A DNA stretch of 64,000 bases from the NCBI RefSeq assembly GCF_009914755.1, contig NC_060941.1, one strand, 5' to 3'. The first letter of the stretch is position 1. Every line of letters begins with the position of its first letter. The notes beneath the pieces were generated by a model that saw only the letters and a list, made by a program, of their open reading frames with translations, ran no database searches and was not told the DNA's origin. This DNA is from the human T2T-CHM13v2.0 reference genome, Homo sapiens. This document shows, one piece after another, positions 40,169-64,000 of this stretch. The position numbers were made by a program, and so were the translations under genes.

Positions 40169-41689
40169 TGACACCAACCGGGTGGTCAGGGCCTGGGAGT
40201 CTGAAGGACAGGGCTGGTCTAGATGGGAGAGGGATGGACAGCTCTTGGAGGGAGGGCAGTGCCCCCACAAAAAGACTCATGGCAGAGCAGGTACAGTTGG
40301 GCCCTTGACTGGCCTCCTGTGAGGCCCTTCTACCCTCAGAACCTTTCAGCAACAGAAGGCAGTCAGGGGCTGGGCCTCTGGAGGGTCTGCCACACCGCTC
40401 GCTGTGACAGCCAGGTGCCCATCAGCTTGGGAGAGGTTGTGTTGGCCAGAAGGCTCCTGTGGGGCCCCATCCCTCAGGCAGCGATCTCTCTGGCCTTGAT
40501 GGGGGAGGGGGAAGAACCCTATTTAAGGCAGATGAGTTCAGAATACTGGCCTTGTCCACTGTGTCTCCTGGGCAGCTGTGGAGGGCAGCGGCCACTCCAG
40601 GCTTGGCCATCGCCCGGGAGAGATGTCTGGGGCTGCCACCCTCATATTGGCTGCCAAAGAAAATATTTTTTTGCAGGTTTCCTGTGAGCTGAGAATGAAA
40701 CTCAACACCCAGCAGGATGAGTTGTGCAGGGTGGGGAGGGAGGCTTGGCTCAGCGTGCTCCAGCCACACCAGGGCCTGAAAGTCTTGGCGGCTGAGAAGG
40801 GGCTGGGTGGGCAGAGCAGCCGAGAGTGGGGCTGGCCTGGGACCCCAGCAGAAATGGGGTTGTTGGGGCCAGGCATGGTGGCTCACGCCTGTAATCCCGG
40901 CACTTTGGGAGGCTGAGGCGGTCGGATCACCTGAGGTCAGGGGGTTGAGACCAGCATGGCCAACATGACGAAACCCGTTCTCTACTAAAAATATAAGAAT
41001 TAGCCAGGCGTGGTGATGTGTGCTTGTAGTCCCAGCTACTCTGGAGGCGGAGGCAGGAGAATTGCTTGAACCCGGGAGGCGGAGGTTTCAGCGTGCTGAG
41101 ATTGCACCACTGCACTCCAGCCTAGGCGACAGGGCAAGACTCCGTCTCAAAAAATAATAATAATAATAAAATGAGAAAAAAAATGGGGTTGTTGGGAAAC
41201 TGCACGCACTAAAAAGGCAAAGGAGGGGACAGGCTGAGACTAAACACTCACCAAGAGGCATGTGCTAGAAATGACTTCTCAAGGGGGATTGCAGAAGCTC
41301 CAGCTAAAAATAAACAGGATAATAACAACCACTTCTGAAAAATACAGAATGCACAATGAGTTTAGAAAGTTCAGATAAGCCAAAAGAAAAAATACAGCCG
41401 ATACTCATACAGAGAGCATTCCTCTTAGTATTCTGGCCCACATTATCCATTCTTTTTCTTTGCATATGATTCTATATATTTTTTCATATAGATGAACACA
41501 TATATAGCTAGTGAGATCTCATGTGCTGATTTGTAGCCTTTTTTTTTTTAACCCAGGAAGTTACCATGGACATCTTCCCACGTCATTAAGGGTTTTCCTG
41601 CAGTACCTCTTGGAATGTCTGCACAGCATTCCGCTGTAGCTCTCTCCCTCCCCAGGAGGCAGAATGCGGTTGGCAATGGCAATTGCAGG

Positions 41690-41900
41690 CTTGGTGGCCC
41701 TTATAGCTCCCAGCCCCAAAGAGTAAGCAGGTGTCCTCAGCCGTTGCCATGGAAAATACCTGAGGATGGCTCTGATTGGCCAGGCTTGGATCCTGTGCTC
41801 ATCCTTGAGTCAATCCCTGTGGCCAGCAGGATTGAGGACTTGGATTGGCCAGGCCTGAGCCACGTGCCCATCCTGTAGCCAGGAGGAGGCAGGTGGAAGG
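41690..41900. mobile_element. Old MLT1 (J/K-like) LTR fragment
   Basis: ctctgattggccaggcttggatcctgtgctcatccttgagtcaatccctgtggccag. Confidence 0.5.
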
Positions 41901-42245
41901 GATGCTGAGGCGACAACAAGCAGAGATCCCCCAGGCTGCAAGCTGGCAGGAACTCCATAAATATGAGTGGGAAAATGCTCCATGGTGTCTTGGGCCTAAG
42001 GCTAAAGATCCAGCCCCTTCTCCTGAAGAAGCTTATAATTTTGGGGAGACCCCAAAATATGGAAAACTCAGTTTAAAAAGGGTTCAATGTCAAACATGAG
42101 ATCAATGCTACAGGAGGACTTTGCTGCAGGACAGACTTGGGTTTAAGTCCCATTTCTACCATGACCTTGGCCAGTCTCTTTCCTTTTCTGGAGCCGAGCT
42201 TCCTTCCACGTAAAGTGGGAATAATATCACCTGCCACACTCATCA

Positions 42246-43644
<1,399 letters not shown>

Positions 43645-43651
43645 TGACTAA

Positions 43652-43819
<168 letters not shown>

Positions 43820-46115
43820 TGAATCTGAGACTTGAAAGCTGGGTTGAGTTTAGAAAGTCAGAGAAAAGAAACCTTCTAGGTGGCAGGGAGGGCTTGCCTG
43901 AGGCTGAGGGGAGCCAAGCGTGGTTCGAGGGCATGACGCTGGCAAGAAGAGGCTGATGGTGCAGGGCATGTCCTGGAAAGTGGGCGGGGAGGGTAAGGCA
44001 GGCCCGGAGGATGCCAGAGCCCCTCAGAAGAGGAGCCGGGGGCTGGGCCTCGTACTTCTACCTCTGTCCAGCTCAGAGTGCCAGGACAGACAGGGACCGC
44101 TCCATGGCCTTGTCAGGACGCTGTGAACAGGAGAAACTGTAAAAAGCCTCAGCTCACTGGCTCCCAGGAAGATGAACTCTAGAGGCCCCGTGCCCATGGA
44201 GGATGAGAGTGTCTCCATGCCACCTGCTCACACGCCACCCTCTGCAGCTGGCCTCTCCTTTCCTTGACAGCCCTGCACGCTTTCTGCCAACAATCTCTCA
44301 TTCACCTGCTCTCTGAGCCAGGACCCACACGAACCACACGCATCCACTGTGATCTAGACAGTAAGAAACAAGGCAGAACAGAGCAGTGGCAACGGTGGCA
44401 CCACCAGCTCCCCCATCGCCATCCTCTCCTCTTGGACAGACACTCCCCAGCATGGGAGTATTTTCTGCCACTTGGTGCCCACCCCAGCCCTCAGAGCTGT
44501 GAGGTCTGCTGGTCTGGTGCTGGGCATCTGAGTGGGAGTTGTGGGTGAGGGAGGGACCAGAGGAGGTGAGAAGAGCTTCTCACACATGAGCTGGAGAAGG
44601 CAGAGCTTTGCTGGCAAAAGAGCGAACAAAAACGAAGCCACCTGAAGACCAGAGGGTGGGGAGAAATGACAGGAGTCAAACACATTAGTTGGGATGGGGT
44701 GATGTTTCGGGGACCCTGGCAGCAGGAGTGGGGGGACTCTTGAGGCAGCTGCTATGGGCTTAATGCAAGGAAAATCCAGGAAGGAGGAAATAGGGGCGTT
44801 TTGCTGCGTATTTTGAAAACAATGCCTTCATTAGACGCCTGTAATCCTAGCACTTTGGGAGGCTGAGGTTTGGGAGACTGAGGGAGGATTGCTTCGGCCC
44901 AGGAGTTCAAGCCCAGCCTGGGCAACATAACAAGACCTCTATCTCTACAATCACTTTTAAAAATTAGCTAGGTGTGGGTGCTCGCCTGTATTCCCAGCTA
45001 CTTGGGAGGCTGAGGTGGGAGGTCAAGGCTGCAGTGAGCTAAGATCGTGTCACTGCACTCCAGCCTGGGCAACAGAGCCAGACCCCATCTCAAAAAAAAA
45101 AAAAAAAAAAAGCAGGTGGCCCGGAAGACACGAAGCCAGGTCTGCATTGTCCTCCCAGTGCTGCTGAAATCTGACGTTTCCCTGAGACCTGGTTCTGCTT
45201 GGGAGACACAGCCAGGCTGGGAGCTGCCCAGGGCCGCCCCACACAGCAAGGGCTGGGGCCGGCTGGTTCGCAAGCCCCATGGCCCAGGTCTCCCTCAGCT
45301 TCTCCATCCTCACGGACATCATGAGATACTGTGATCACTTTGCTCTCTGTGATCGTGGAGTGTTTGATGGGGAGGCGTGGGGCCTGAGGAAGGGGCAGTC
45401 CTGACATCATGGGGGACTCTGCCGCACTAAGGCACCCACTGAAGGTTGGCGTGATGGTGGCAAGTCCCACGCAAGGTGCAACAACCTCTAAAGGGCAGGT
45501 GAACTTCAGGGAGCATTCCAGGGCCAGCCCAAGTCCCAGAAGAGGGCATACAACAAAGCCATTCTCATCTGTGTGGGCAGACACTGGGCCTCCCAGCACT
45601 GCTCTGGAGGGCTGCCCACCAGGCTGGGCACCCCATGCCCCTTGCCTTCCTGCGTGTGGAACTTCACGAGAGACAAACGGCTCACGCTCAAATCAAAGTG
45701 GTGGCCTTGCGACTTTGGAGCTCAGACCTAAACCCTCTGCTGATTTCCTTTTGCGGGGGCATCTTGACAGGTGTGATAATTTTATGGCCCCTCCCTCTCG
45801 ACAGGTGGCCCCACAGGCTTTGCATCCATCCTTGTCCTGGCTTCAGCTGCCTGAGGGAAGACTGACAATCTCTCACCCACCCCTCAGGGTGAGCATCAGG
45901 CACCCGCTGGCCTCCACAGATATCCAGAGCCATGTTTTTCTTCAAGCGCACAAATGTTGAGGTTAGAGCTTGGTGCATCTCTGCACCGTGGTCATGCCCC
46001 AGTGACGACTGTGCAGAATGAGAAATGGAACGTCACCGGCCCCCCCGACACCACCTCCCTCGAGTCCCTCCCAGTCACCACCCCTGCTTTAAAGCAGCTG
46101 CTTTCCTGACTTTGA

Positions 46116-46487
<372 letters not shown>

Positions 46488-47320
46488 TAGCGTGATCTCA
46501 GCTCACCGCAACCTCCACCTCCTGGGTTCAAGTGATTCACCTGCCTCAGCCTCCCAAGTAGCTAGGTTTACAGGCATGTGCCACCACGCCTGGCTAATTT
46601 TGTATTTTTTTTTTTTTTTTTTTTTTTTAGCAGAGACAGGGTTTCTTCATGTTTGTCAGGCTGGTCTTGAACTCTCGACCTCAGGTGATCCACCTGCCTC
46701 GGCCTCCCAAAGTGCTGAGATTACAGGCGTGAGCCACCATGCCCAGCCAATTATTTGTATTTTTAGTAGAGTTTCACCATGTTGGCCAGGCTGGTCTCAA
46801 ACTCCTGACCTCAAGCAATCCATCTGCCTCAGTCTCCCAAAATGCTGAGGTTACAGGTATGAACCACCCTGCCTGGCCAAACTTAATTTCTTGCCAACAG
46901 TTTGTCTGTATTTATCTGTATCAGGGTGACTGTCTTAGGGAAAAAGTTACTAGGTGTCTAAGTCATCAATATCTTGAGCAATTTCTAGATTTGATCCAAT
47001 AATCTCATTCCCATCTCCTGAAGAACCAACCCCAAATATAACTAAAGGACAGACAAGATGGGAAGGTTTTCCCTGCATCCGCAGTTGGGATAACAGGAAG
47101 ACGTCTGATGACGTGGATTCTAGCAGCAGGCAGCGGGCAAGGGAATGGCAGTCATCTCTCCAACGGCCGTGTCATCACACTGAGTCTCAGATGAACACAC
47201 TTAACTCTGGGCTTCCTGTTGGGTGAGATTTTAAAAACATCTGTGTTGGCCAGGCACGGTGGCTCACACCTGTCATCCCAGCACTTTGGGAAGCCTAGGC
47301 AGGTGGGTCACCTGAGCTCA

Positions 47321-47941
<621 letters not shown>

Positions 47942-48791
47942 TTACTTAAGTCCATTGAGTTGGAGTTTTATTTGCAAACCAGACAGAGAGACAGTGTCAG
48001 ATCACGAGGCATTTCCACCCACTGAAGAAATTTTGTTTTCTGCAAAAAGGCTGTGATGACCTTTTCCTTAGTTTGCCCATTTCTCGTGGACAGGTAAAGA
48101 TGGCCTGCCACCCTTCTGGGACCGGCTTTGGACTCGGCTCCAGCCAGCTGGTTCTGAAGGAAGTGCTCAGGGGACAGGCCCTGAGCACTCATACACTGAG
48201 GAGGGTAGGGCCTGCGGCCGAGGGCAGAGTGGGGAGGAGGGGAGGCAGGAGGCTGCGCTGCTGGGCACAGCTTTCCCAGAGGCCGCACCTTTTCTAGAGA
48301 TGCTCTCAGGACACTGTTATTCTTGGAGGCTTTCTTGACCATGCTCAGCAAAGCTTTATGTGCCAAAGCTGCGGGACGGGGCTGGGTATGTAGGAGGAAA
48401 TCAGGCTTGTCAAAGTTAACCTTGAGCAAAGAAAACAAGAATGGCTGTGTCTTGGGCTGCAGTGTTTTACTGTAACAAGGCTGGGTTCATGGCCGTGAAT
48501 GTGCTGATAACATAAAAGCACTGAGGCGCCGCTCCTTCCTGCCCTGCCCCCATGTCCCACACAGGTCCTAGAGAGTCTTTCTATTGCCCATTTCTGCCGA
48601 TGGCCTGGGAAAGCAGTGGCTCCCTGGTGCCAACCAAATTGCCTCCTCTGGGCTGTGGGAGGCCTGAAGAGGCTCTAAGCACCAGGCTGGCGGGGCAGGG
48701 TGGCCCCGGCCCCTCTTCCCACCTTTCACAAGTCCACATCTTAGAGGACTCAGTCACAACGTGGGGGTGTCATCTGGGTTTTGAAAACAAG

Positions 48792-50760
<1,969 letters not shown>

Positions 50761-51009
50761 ATACTCTCAATTATAAGCAACTATGTACCAAACTCACACA
50801 GTCTTAGACAGTGAAGTAGATTTGCTTGCTCACTTAACTGAAGAGTCCCCAGGGAGGGAGCTGTGGACATGGAACAAAGCTCTTCCCTCTTCTGAGCATC
50901 TGCTTCTTGCTCAGAGTGGATCACCTCATGGTCACAAAATGGCTGCCAGTACAACACACTTCCACATTCAAGTTGTGCCACAGACCGGAAGTCTTGAACT
51001 TTGCTATGA

Positions 51010-51230
51010 AGTGGTTAATAGTATAGGCTCAGAATCATATAGATCTGACCTTTAACTTAGTCTCCATTGTTTTCTGGCCTGTGACCTTGGGCAAGTTACA
51101 AACCTCAGTTTCTATAAAATGGGAAGAAAGATCACTCCAGTCTCACTGAGTTGTGGTGAGAATTGGGTGAACGAATATTAAGCACTTAGCACGGCCCCCA
51201 TGGTGTAGTGAGCACTGTATGAATGTTGGC
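51010..51230 (+). mobile_element. MIR (other MIR-like relics near 2420-2560, 12910-13015, 38570-38740, 42120-42320, 54430-54570)
   Basis: ctgtgaccttgggcaagttacaaacctcagtttctataaaatggg core. Confidence 0.7.
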
Positions 51231-51299
51231 TGTAGAGGGCCCGTGATTGCATCAGGGTCCTCTACAGGAGAGGAAAGGAGAGCTGTTCCTCTCCTTTCT

Positions 51300-52450
51300 C
51301 TGGGGGACCCTGCTGGTTTTGTTTGGAATCCACACCTCCCCTAGACACTCTGGGGAGAGCTGAATCTACCCCAGCTCCATCAGTGACACATGTCCTATCT
51401 GCTGGTCTTGGTTATTGGCCTAGTGCTGGATAAATGGCCCAAAGAGGCTTGGTGAGAATGGAGAAGACATCTGGGAGACTGTGGCAGAAGGCATTTTTCG
51501 AGATGGACATAGCAGCTTCCACGCTACTCACACTCAATGCGACCTTGACACTCTTCCCAAGAGCGGTGGGATATGCAGCCCTACCCCTTGAATCCAGGCA
51601 GGCCTTTGTGACTGCCTTGACCACCAGTCTATCACAAGTGGTGCTGTGTGGCTTCCAAGGCTGGGTTATAAAATGCCATGTACATCTGACTTGTTCTCTA
51701 ACCCAGCCACCATGCTGTGAGGAAGCCTATGCAGCCCTCTATGAGAGCAGCCGAGGCCCCCATTTCACAGCCCTTGTTGAGTTCCCAGACAACAGCCAGC
51801 ACCATTTTTCAGCCACGTAGGTGAGCCATCTTGAAATGGATCCTCCAATTCCCAGGTGAGCTGTCCCAGCTGATGCCATGTGGAAGAGATGAGCCACCCT
51901 TGCTGAGCCCTGTCCAAATTGCAGATTATGAGCAAAATGAAAGATCATTCTTAGCCTCTAAGTTTTGGGGTAACTTGTTATATACAAATAGATGGCCAAA
52001 ATGGAAGTTCTGGAAAAGAGGCTCACTCCTGCCTTTTACCTTTTTAGGGTCCCACTCTATCAACCTGGCTGGAGTGCAGTGGTGTGATCATAGCTCACTG
52101 CAACCTCAGACTCCTGGGCTCACACAATCCTCCTGTCTCCACCTCTTGAGTAGTTGGGAGTACAGGCTCATGCCACTCCTGCCTTTTAAATGTTGTGGTA
52201 TAGAGCCTGGAGCCACTGCAACCACTTTGCCACTATGATGGAAACTAGTATGTGAATGAGTTGCTGCTACAGAAGGCATAAGAGAGAGGAAGACCTGAAT
52301 CTGGACATGGTTGAACTGCTGGGCTCCATCAGCCATGAAGTCCACCCGGTTGGTATACTTTCTAGTTAATATGAGTGAAAACACTACCTCCAAAGGGTAA
52401 GCATTTCTCAATCATATTTGTTACTTATAGCCCAAACCATCCTAATATAC
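51300..52450 (+). mobile_element. Nested old MLT1 LTR fragments plus an Alu fragment
   Basis: cagccaccatgctgtgaggaagcc...gtgagccatcttgaaatggatcctcca...ccaaattgcagattatgagcaaaatg. Alu piece at ~52065-52180. Confidence 0.65.
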
Positions 52451-54027
52451 CATCTATCCCTAACAGGGAATCATCAGCTGGGTTTAAGCAGAGGGAAATG
52501 TCTCGATGAGATGCTTTAGAACAATAGCTATGGTGTCTCCACAGGGCTGTCCTGGAGAGGGCTGGGAGACAGGAAGACCAGCCAGGAGCCTGCAGCAAAA
52601 CTTCTAGGCAGGAGAAGGTGGGGGTCAGGGTCAAGCTCATGGAGCCGGAGGCTGGCATTGCGGAGTGACAGTGCAGGGCTGTGCATGACAGAAGGACACA
52701 CCAGACACCACCTGTGCTCCACGGAGAGATGAACAAGCCCTGAGCAACTGGGGAATAGCAAAGGAAACTCCACCAACCCCCTCCCTCTCCTCCCTTCCTA
52801 GAGAGGAAGCCTCTCTCTCCCTTTGTCCTCACTGCCTGACTGTGAGGATCGACCAGAGATCTCCCAGGAGGATTTTGGAAAAGGCTCTAAAGGAAGTAGA
52901 AGCTTCCAGACCCAAGTGGCTCTCCCCTTTCAGCCGCTGCCCACCCCTACATTTGTGCTCGGTCGATCCCCACCCAGCTGACCTCAGCTGAGCTAGGACC
53001 GGCTCAGGACCCCGCCCCCAGCACCCCACACAGCTGGGAGTTGTTACTGCAGGCCCTCAGATGTTTACCCAAGGGCCTGCCTTGCCTTCGCTCTCTGCTG
53101 GCAACACAGATTCTTAAAGGGCCGAGGCTGGTTTCTCTTCTCCTGGGCCTGGGGGACCCTCTTCTCTCTGGATGCTTCCTGGGAGTCCCCTCCAGGCCCT
53201 GGTGTCTGTAGGGAAACCCCCTTCTGTAGGCGACGGGGGCGGAATTTGGACAGCCACGGCCAGCAGTCTGGATGACTCCCTCAGTGGCCAGCCCCTGGGG
53301 CCCAGGTCCCCCTGACTGTCCAGGTTGGCCCGCCTAACTGGCCTCCTTTTCTTCCATGGCTGGGAGGGCATTCACCCCCACCGTGGGGAAGCTCAGGGCA
53401 AGTTCCTGAGACCCACTTTTTGAGGACCCCTCCTACCAAGGTCTTCCTGGCCAGGCCTCCTCTCTGATCGGGTGAATAAACACAGGAACCCCAGGGTTTG
53501 GGGAACCCACAGCCCCAGAAGTACCAAACTGTGCTGAAATGCAGAAAACCCTTTTTAAGGGAGCTGAAGGTTTTAAGCATTTGAAGAAATTCTCTGAACT
53601 CATAAGACACCAGGCAGGCTATGGACGTGTCCCACGGACTCCCCACCCCCGAGCCCAAAGGGAGCTGCTGGTCCAGCAGGGCGGGAGGAGCTGGCTTGGC
53701 CCATCATGTGGTCAGTGGTGAGCCCTGCGAGTGGTTCCCCAGGCTGAGACCATGGAGGAGGGCAGATCAGCCACCCAGGCCTCGGTGGGCTCGGTGCCAG
53801 TGGGGTCCAGCTCCTCTGCTCTCCTCTTCCTGAGCCCCAGCGAAGGCACAGCCTTCGGATTGTGGCAAAGCCTGAACCCCAAACATGGAGCACTGCCCGT
53901 AATCAGATGGGGGTGAGAGAGAGCTTGTCACCAGGCCTGGGACAGCACCAAAATTCCTAACCTAGGGCTCCAAAAGAGGAAAGATTCCTGCAGGAGTTAG
54001 CTTGGAGCCGGTCCTCCATGAACATCA

Positions 54028-56760
<2,733 letters not shown>

Positions 56761-56919
56761 GAAAAGAACTTCCGACGCCCAGAGCCAGGATTTCTGGGGC
56801 TGGGTGATAGGGATGGGGAAGCATCTTTCTTTGTGAAGGGACCACCAGGGGCTGCTGTCGGTCCCTTACGTGGGGTAGCCAACCCTCCCAGTTTGCCCAG
56901 GATGGTTTTCTGTCGGTCA

Positions 56920-57330
56920 TGTTAAAGAAAACGATTCAGTGACACTTGTGTGAGGTCAGTGAGGCTGACTCGACTCAGGGCCGTCTCGATAGGCGCAGGG
57001 ACCATGCAGGGGGAACCTGCCATGGGCAGAGGTCAGGGTCAACTCAGATGCAGCACGGCCAAGTGAATTTCTAGCCAGGGAGCAGGGTGGGGGTCAGAGC
57101 GGGGGGAATTACTAAGAGGAAGCAGGGGGTCAGGGGGATTCCAGCTAAACCCACCTAACAGGATTCTTGCTGAAGGCAGGCCGGGGTGACCAGACATCGC
57201 CTGAGGGACGGTGGAGGATGGGGGCTTCTTGCTAAACTGACTTCGCAGGAATGGCAGAAACTGGATTTTACAAGGCGGCCTGGAGATGGGGCCCGGGAGA
57301 AGGTTTGGGGACCTGAGGCTAAAGCGCCAA
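56920..57330 (-). mobile_element. ERV1-class solo LTR (MER31-like)
   Basis: tgttaaagaaaacgattcagtgacacttg...aattactaagaggaagc...gctaaacccacctaacaggattcttgctgaaggcaggcc. Subfamily from memory. Confidence 0.6.
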
Positions 57331-58458
57331 GGACTTCGTCTTCACTTCCCCCACCTCTGACTCTGCCCTGGGGTGGTGGAATGACTCACCTGATGGAAAA
57401 AACTGGGTGTTGATTTGCTAAAATCCCAAAAGCAGGTCTGCATTTAGAAAGCGCTGGCTCCTTGAGAAGCCTGGCCTGGAACCTGGAGCCCAGGTGGGCT
57501 CCTTGAACAGATGATGCCTGAGGGATGTCGCCTGGATGCTGGGAGTGAGCGAGGCAGCAAAACACTGTCTCTTGGCCTGTCCCCAAGTCAAAATCCCACC
57601 TTAGGGGGGCCAGCTGCTTTGGGTTAAGGGTGGGGGAGTTGAGAGATGGAGAGGAGCTTAGAAGTCATCAGGGCTCCCCGTTTTAGAGAGAAGAGCCTCG
57701 GGGCGGGGGAGAAGGGACTCAGCTCTGGAACTAAGGACTGGACCTCGGGTCCCAAGCCCCAGTCTTAGGAGCTGCTACCTCCTTATTAAAGTGCCAGGGG
57801 GCCCTCCAGGACGGGCCCCATCCAACGCCAGCCGTCTCATCTCTGTCCCACTCTGTTAGAAAACACCTCCTTATATTAAGCTAAAATCTGTCTTTTCCAC
57901 AGTTTCTTTGATTCGGCCTCTTGGATCTTTTTAAGATGCTGTGATCAATGACTCACTCAAATCCTCTCTCACCAATCTCACCACCAGCATCCTCAAATTG
58001 ACTGAATTTGCTGTCTATTTCTAAGGTCAAATTTGCAGCCACTTCCTGATACCTCCCACGGAGGTTGGCGCTGGTCCTCCATGCAAGGAGGTGACTGCGG
58101 CCAAGGGACTCACCAAACGTGGAGGTTTGCCAAAGTTATGTCGAAGAGCCTGGATCTCAAAGTGAGCCGTCTCCCGGGAAACAGCTCGAGACGTTCAGAT
58201 TCTGAACATCCGCTCCACATGCGGCAGGGGGGCTTGAGAGCTCTCAGCACGTTCATGTGAGAGAAGAAGCCCAGGAGGCCCCCATGGGCTCTGACATCCA
58301 GGAGGCTTGCAATGGGAGGATGGGGGTGTGGGAAGGTCCCCCTGGGAGCCAGGACTCCATCCCATGCCCAGCATCCACCTGAATGCCAGCAGGATTCGAA
58401 TTAGAGAATGCACGTGATGGCAAAACAGCTTGCACTCCCGGAACCCTGAGCAGCCTCC

Positions 58459-59345
<887 letters not shown>

Positions 59346-59859
59346 AAGCCTCGCATTCCTGTCCCTTCCCAGGAGTCAGGTCTGGACATCATGTAGCCCC
59401 CAGGATCTGAGGTGGGCTGGAAAGGCCGGAGACTGGGTCCTGCTTCAGGGGGATTGAGGGGGTCAGAGACACTGGCAAGCTTGGGTGAAGCAGAGATTTG
59501 CAGGCTGGCTCCCGGCTGCCCCGACTTAAGCTAGTTCTGATAAGGAAGCAGGGCCGGGCAGCATGACTCAGGCCCCTACTCACCCCACCTGACTCTGGGC
59601 AGTGCAGTGATGGCCCAGAGTCCAGCCCTTGGGATGGGCTGACCTGGCCCTCCTGAGACCCCACTCCCACTGCTTGGAATGTTGGATTCTCCCCAGACCA
59701 TCTATGAACACCGCCCTCCTTTTGTCTTTGGGTCAATACCCTGGCGCACCCCTCCAGCCAGGCTCCAACTCACCTTCCCTCCCTCCTGGCAGTTGTATCT
59801 TTCTCTCCATCTCTGCTGTGGTCTGTTTATCTCCTCTCCTCCCATTAGACTCTAAATGA

Positions 59860-61638
<1,779 letters not shown>

Positions 61639-62117
61639 GCCCTTGCAAACAGAGCCCCCAGTCCTCTCCCTGGTGCCCCTGAGCTTGGCCTGGAGGAGTC
61701 TCTGTGAGAATCTCCTGAATTGGGCTTTTGAATGCACATGGGTGAATGCACACATATGGTGTGTGCATATGTGCAGACAGAACACACATGTAACACTTGG
61801 AGCGCTAGCGTAAGCAGGAGAGAGGTGTGGAAGACAGGCCTGCATTCTTCCTCTGCATTTTGCAACTGCCACAGGCTTGGCTTCGAGCTCCTGGCTTCAC
61901 CCCAGTGACATTCTTTCAGAAGCCCAGCTGCTGCCACATCAAACCATTTCTGTCCAGCTCTCACTCAGGCCCAGCCACCTCCATGGGCCACACGAGTGGG
62001 GCACGAGGAAGCCCAGCCTTTTCAGGGAGTTCATGAGTGTATTTGCGCAAGGGTGTGGCTAGAACCTGGGGTGTGAATGCCTCAACAGCCAGGAGGCTGC
62101 TGTTAAGAAATAGTTCA

Positions 62118-64000
<1,883 letters not shown>

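Overview
Primate, almost certainly human, genomic DNA: GC-rich and very Alu-dense (roughly 60 Alu copies or fragments). I recognise it as the 5' end of TIMP2 (17q25.3, from memory). TIMP2 exon 1 lies on the minus strand (ATG at 25921, donor after 25792) inside a CpG-island promoter, so positions 1-25791 are TIMP2 intron 1. That intron holds the 5' end of the nested, same-strand testis gene CEP295NL (DDC8/KIAA1731NL). Its first coding exon (MCSGWSSSVIWRHTQ, 2593-2636) is too short for the ORF track, and an RFX X-box plus CRE-like promoter candidate sits near 4020-4057. Positions ~26.7-64 kb are upstream intergenic DNA made of Alus, LTR relics (MLT1, MER21-like, MER31-like), L1/L2/MIR and DNA-transposon relics, and scattered enhancer-like motifs. 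Nearly all other listed ORFs are Alu-derived or GC-content artefacts. I found no convincing new biological system. The best unexplained signals are: (i) a ~195-bp non-Alu segment duplicated in inverted orientation 17.5 kb apart, with the same Alu-insert-Alu architecture at both copies; (ii) a TATA / GTAAGT donor / (TG)n / 21-nt microexon cassette in TIMP2 intron 1; (iii) three strong RFX X-boxes across the locus; (iv) several Alu rearrangement scars. Repeat family names and boundaries are by-eye estimates.
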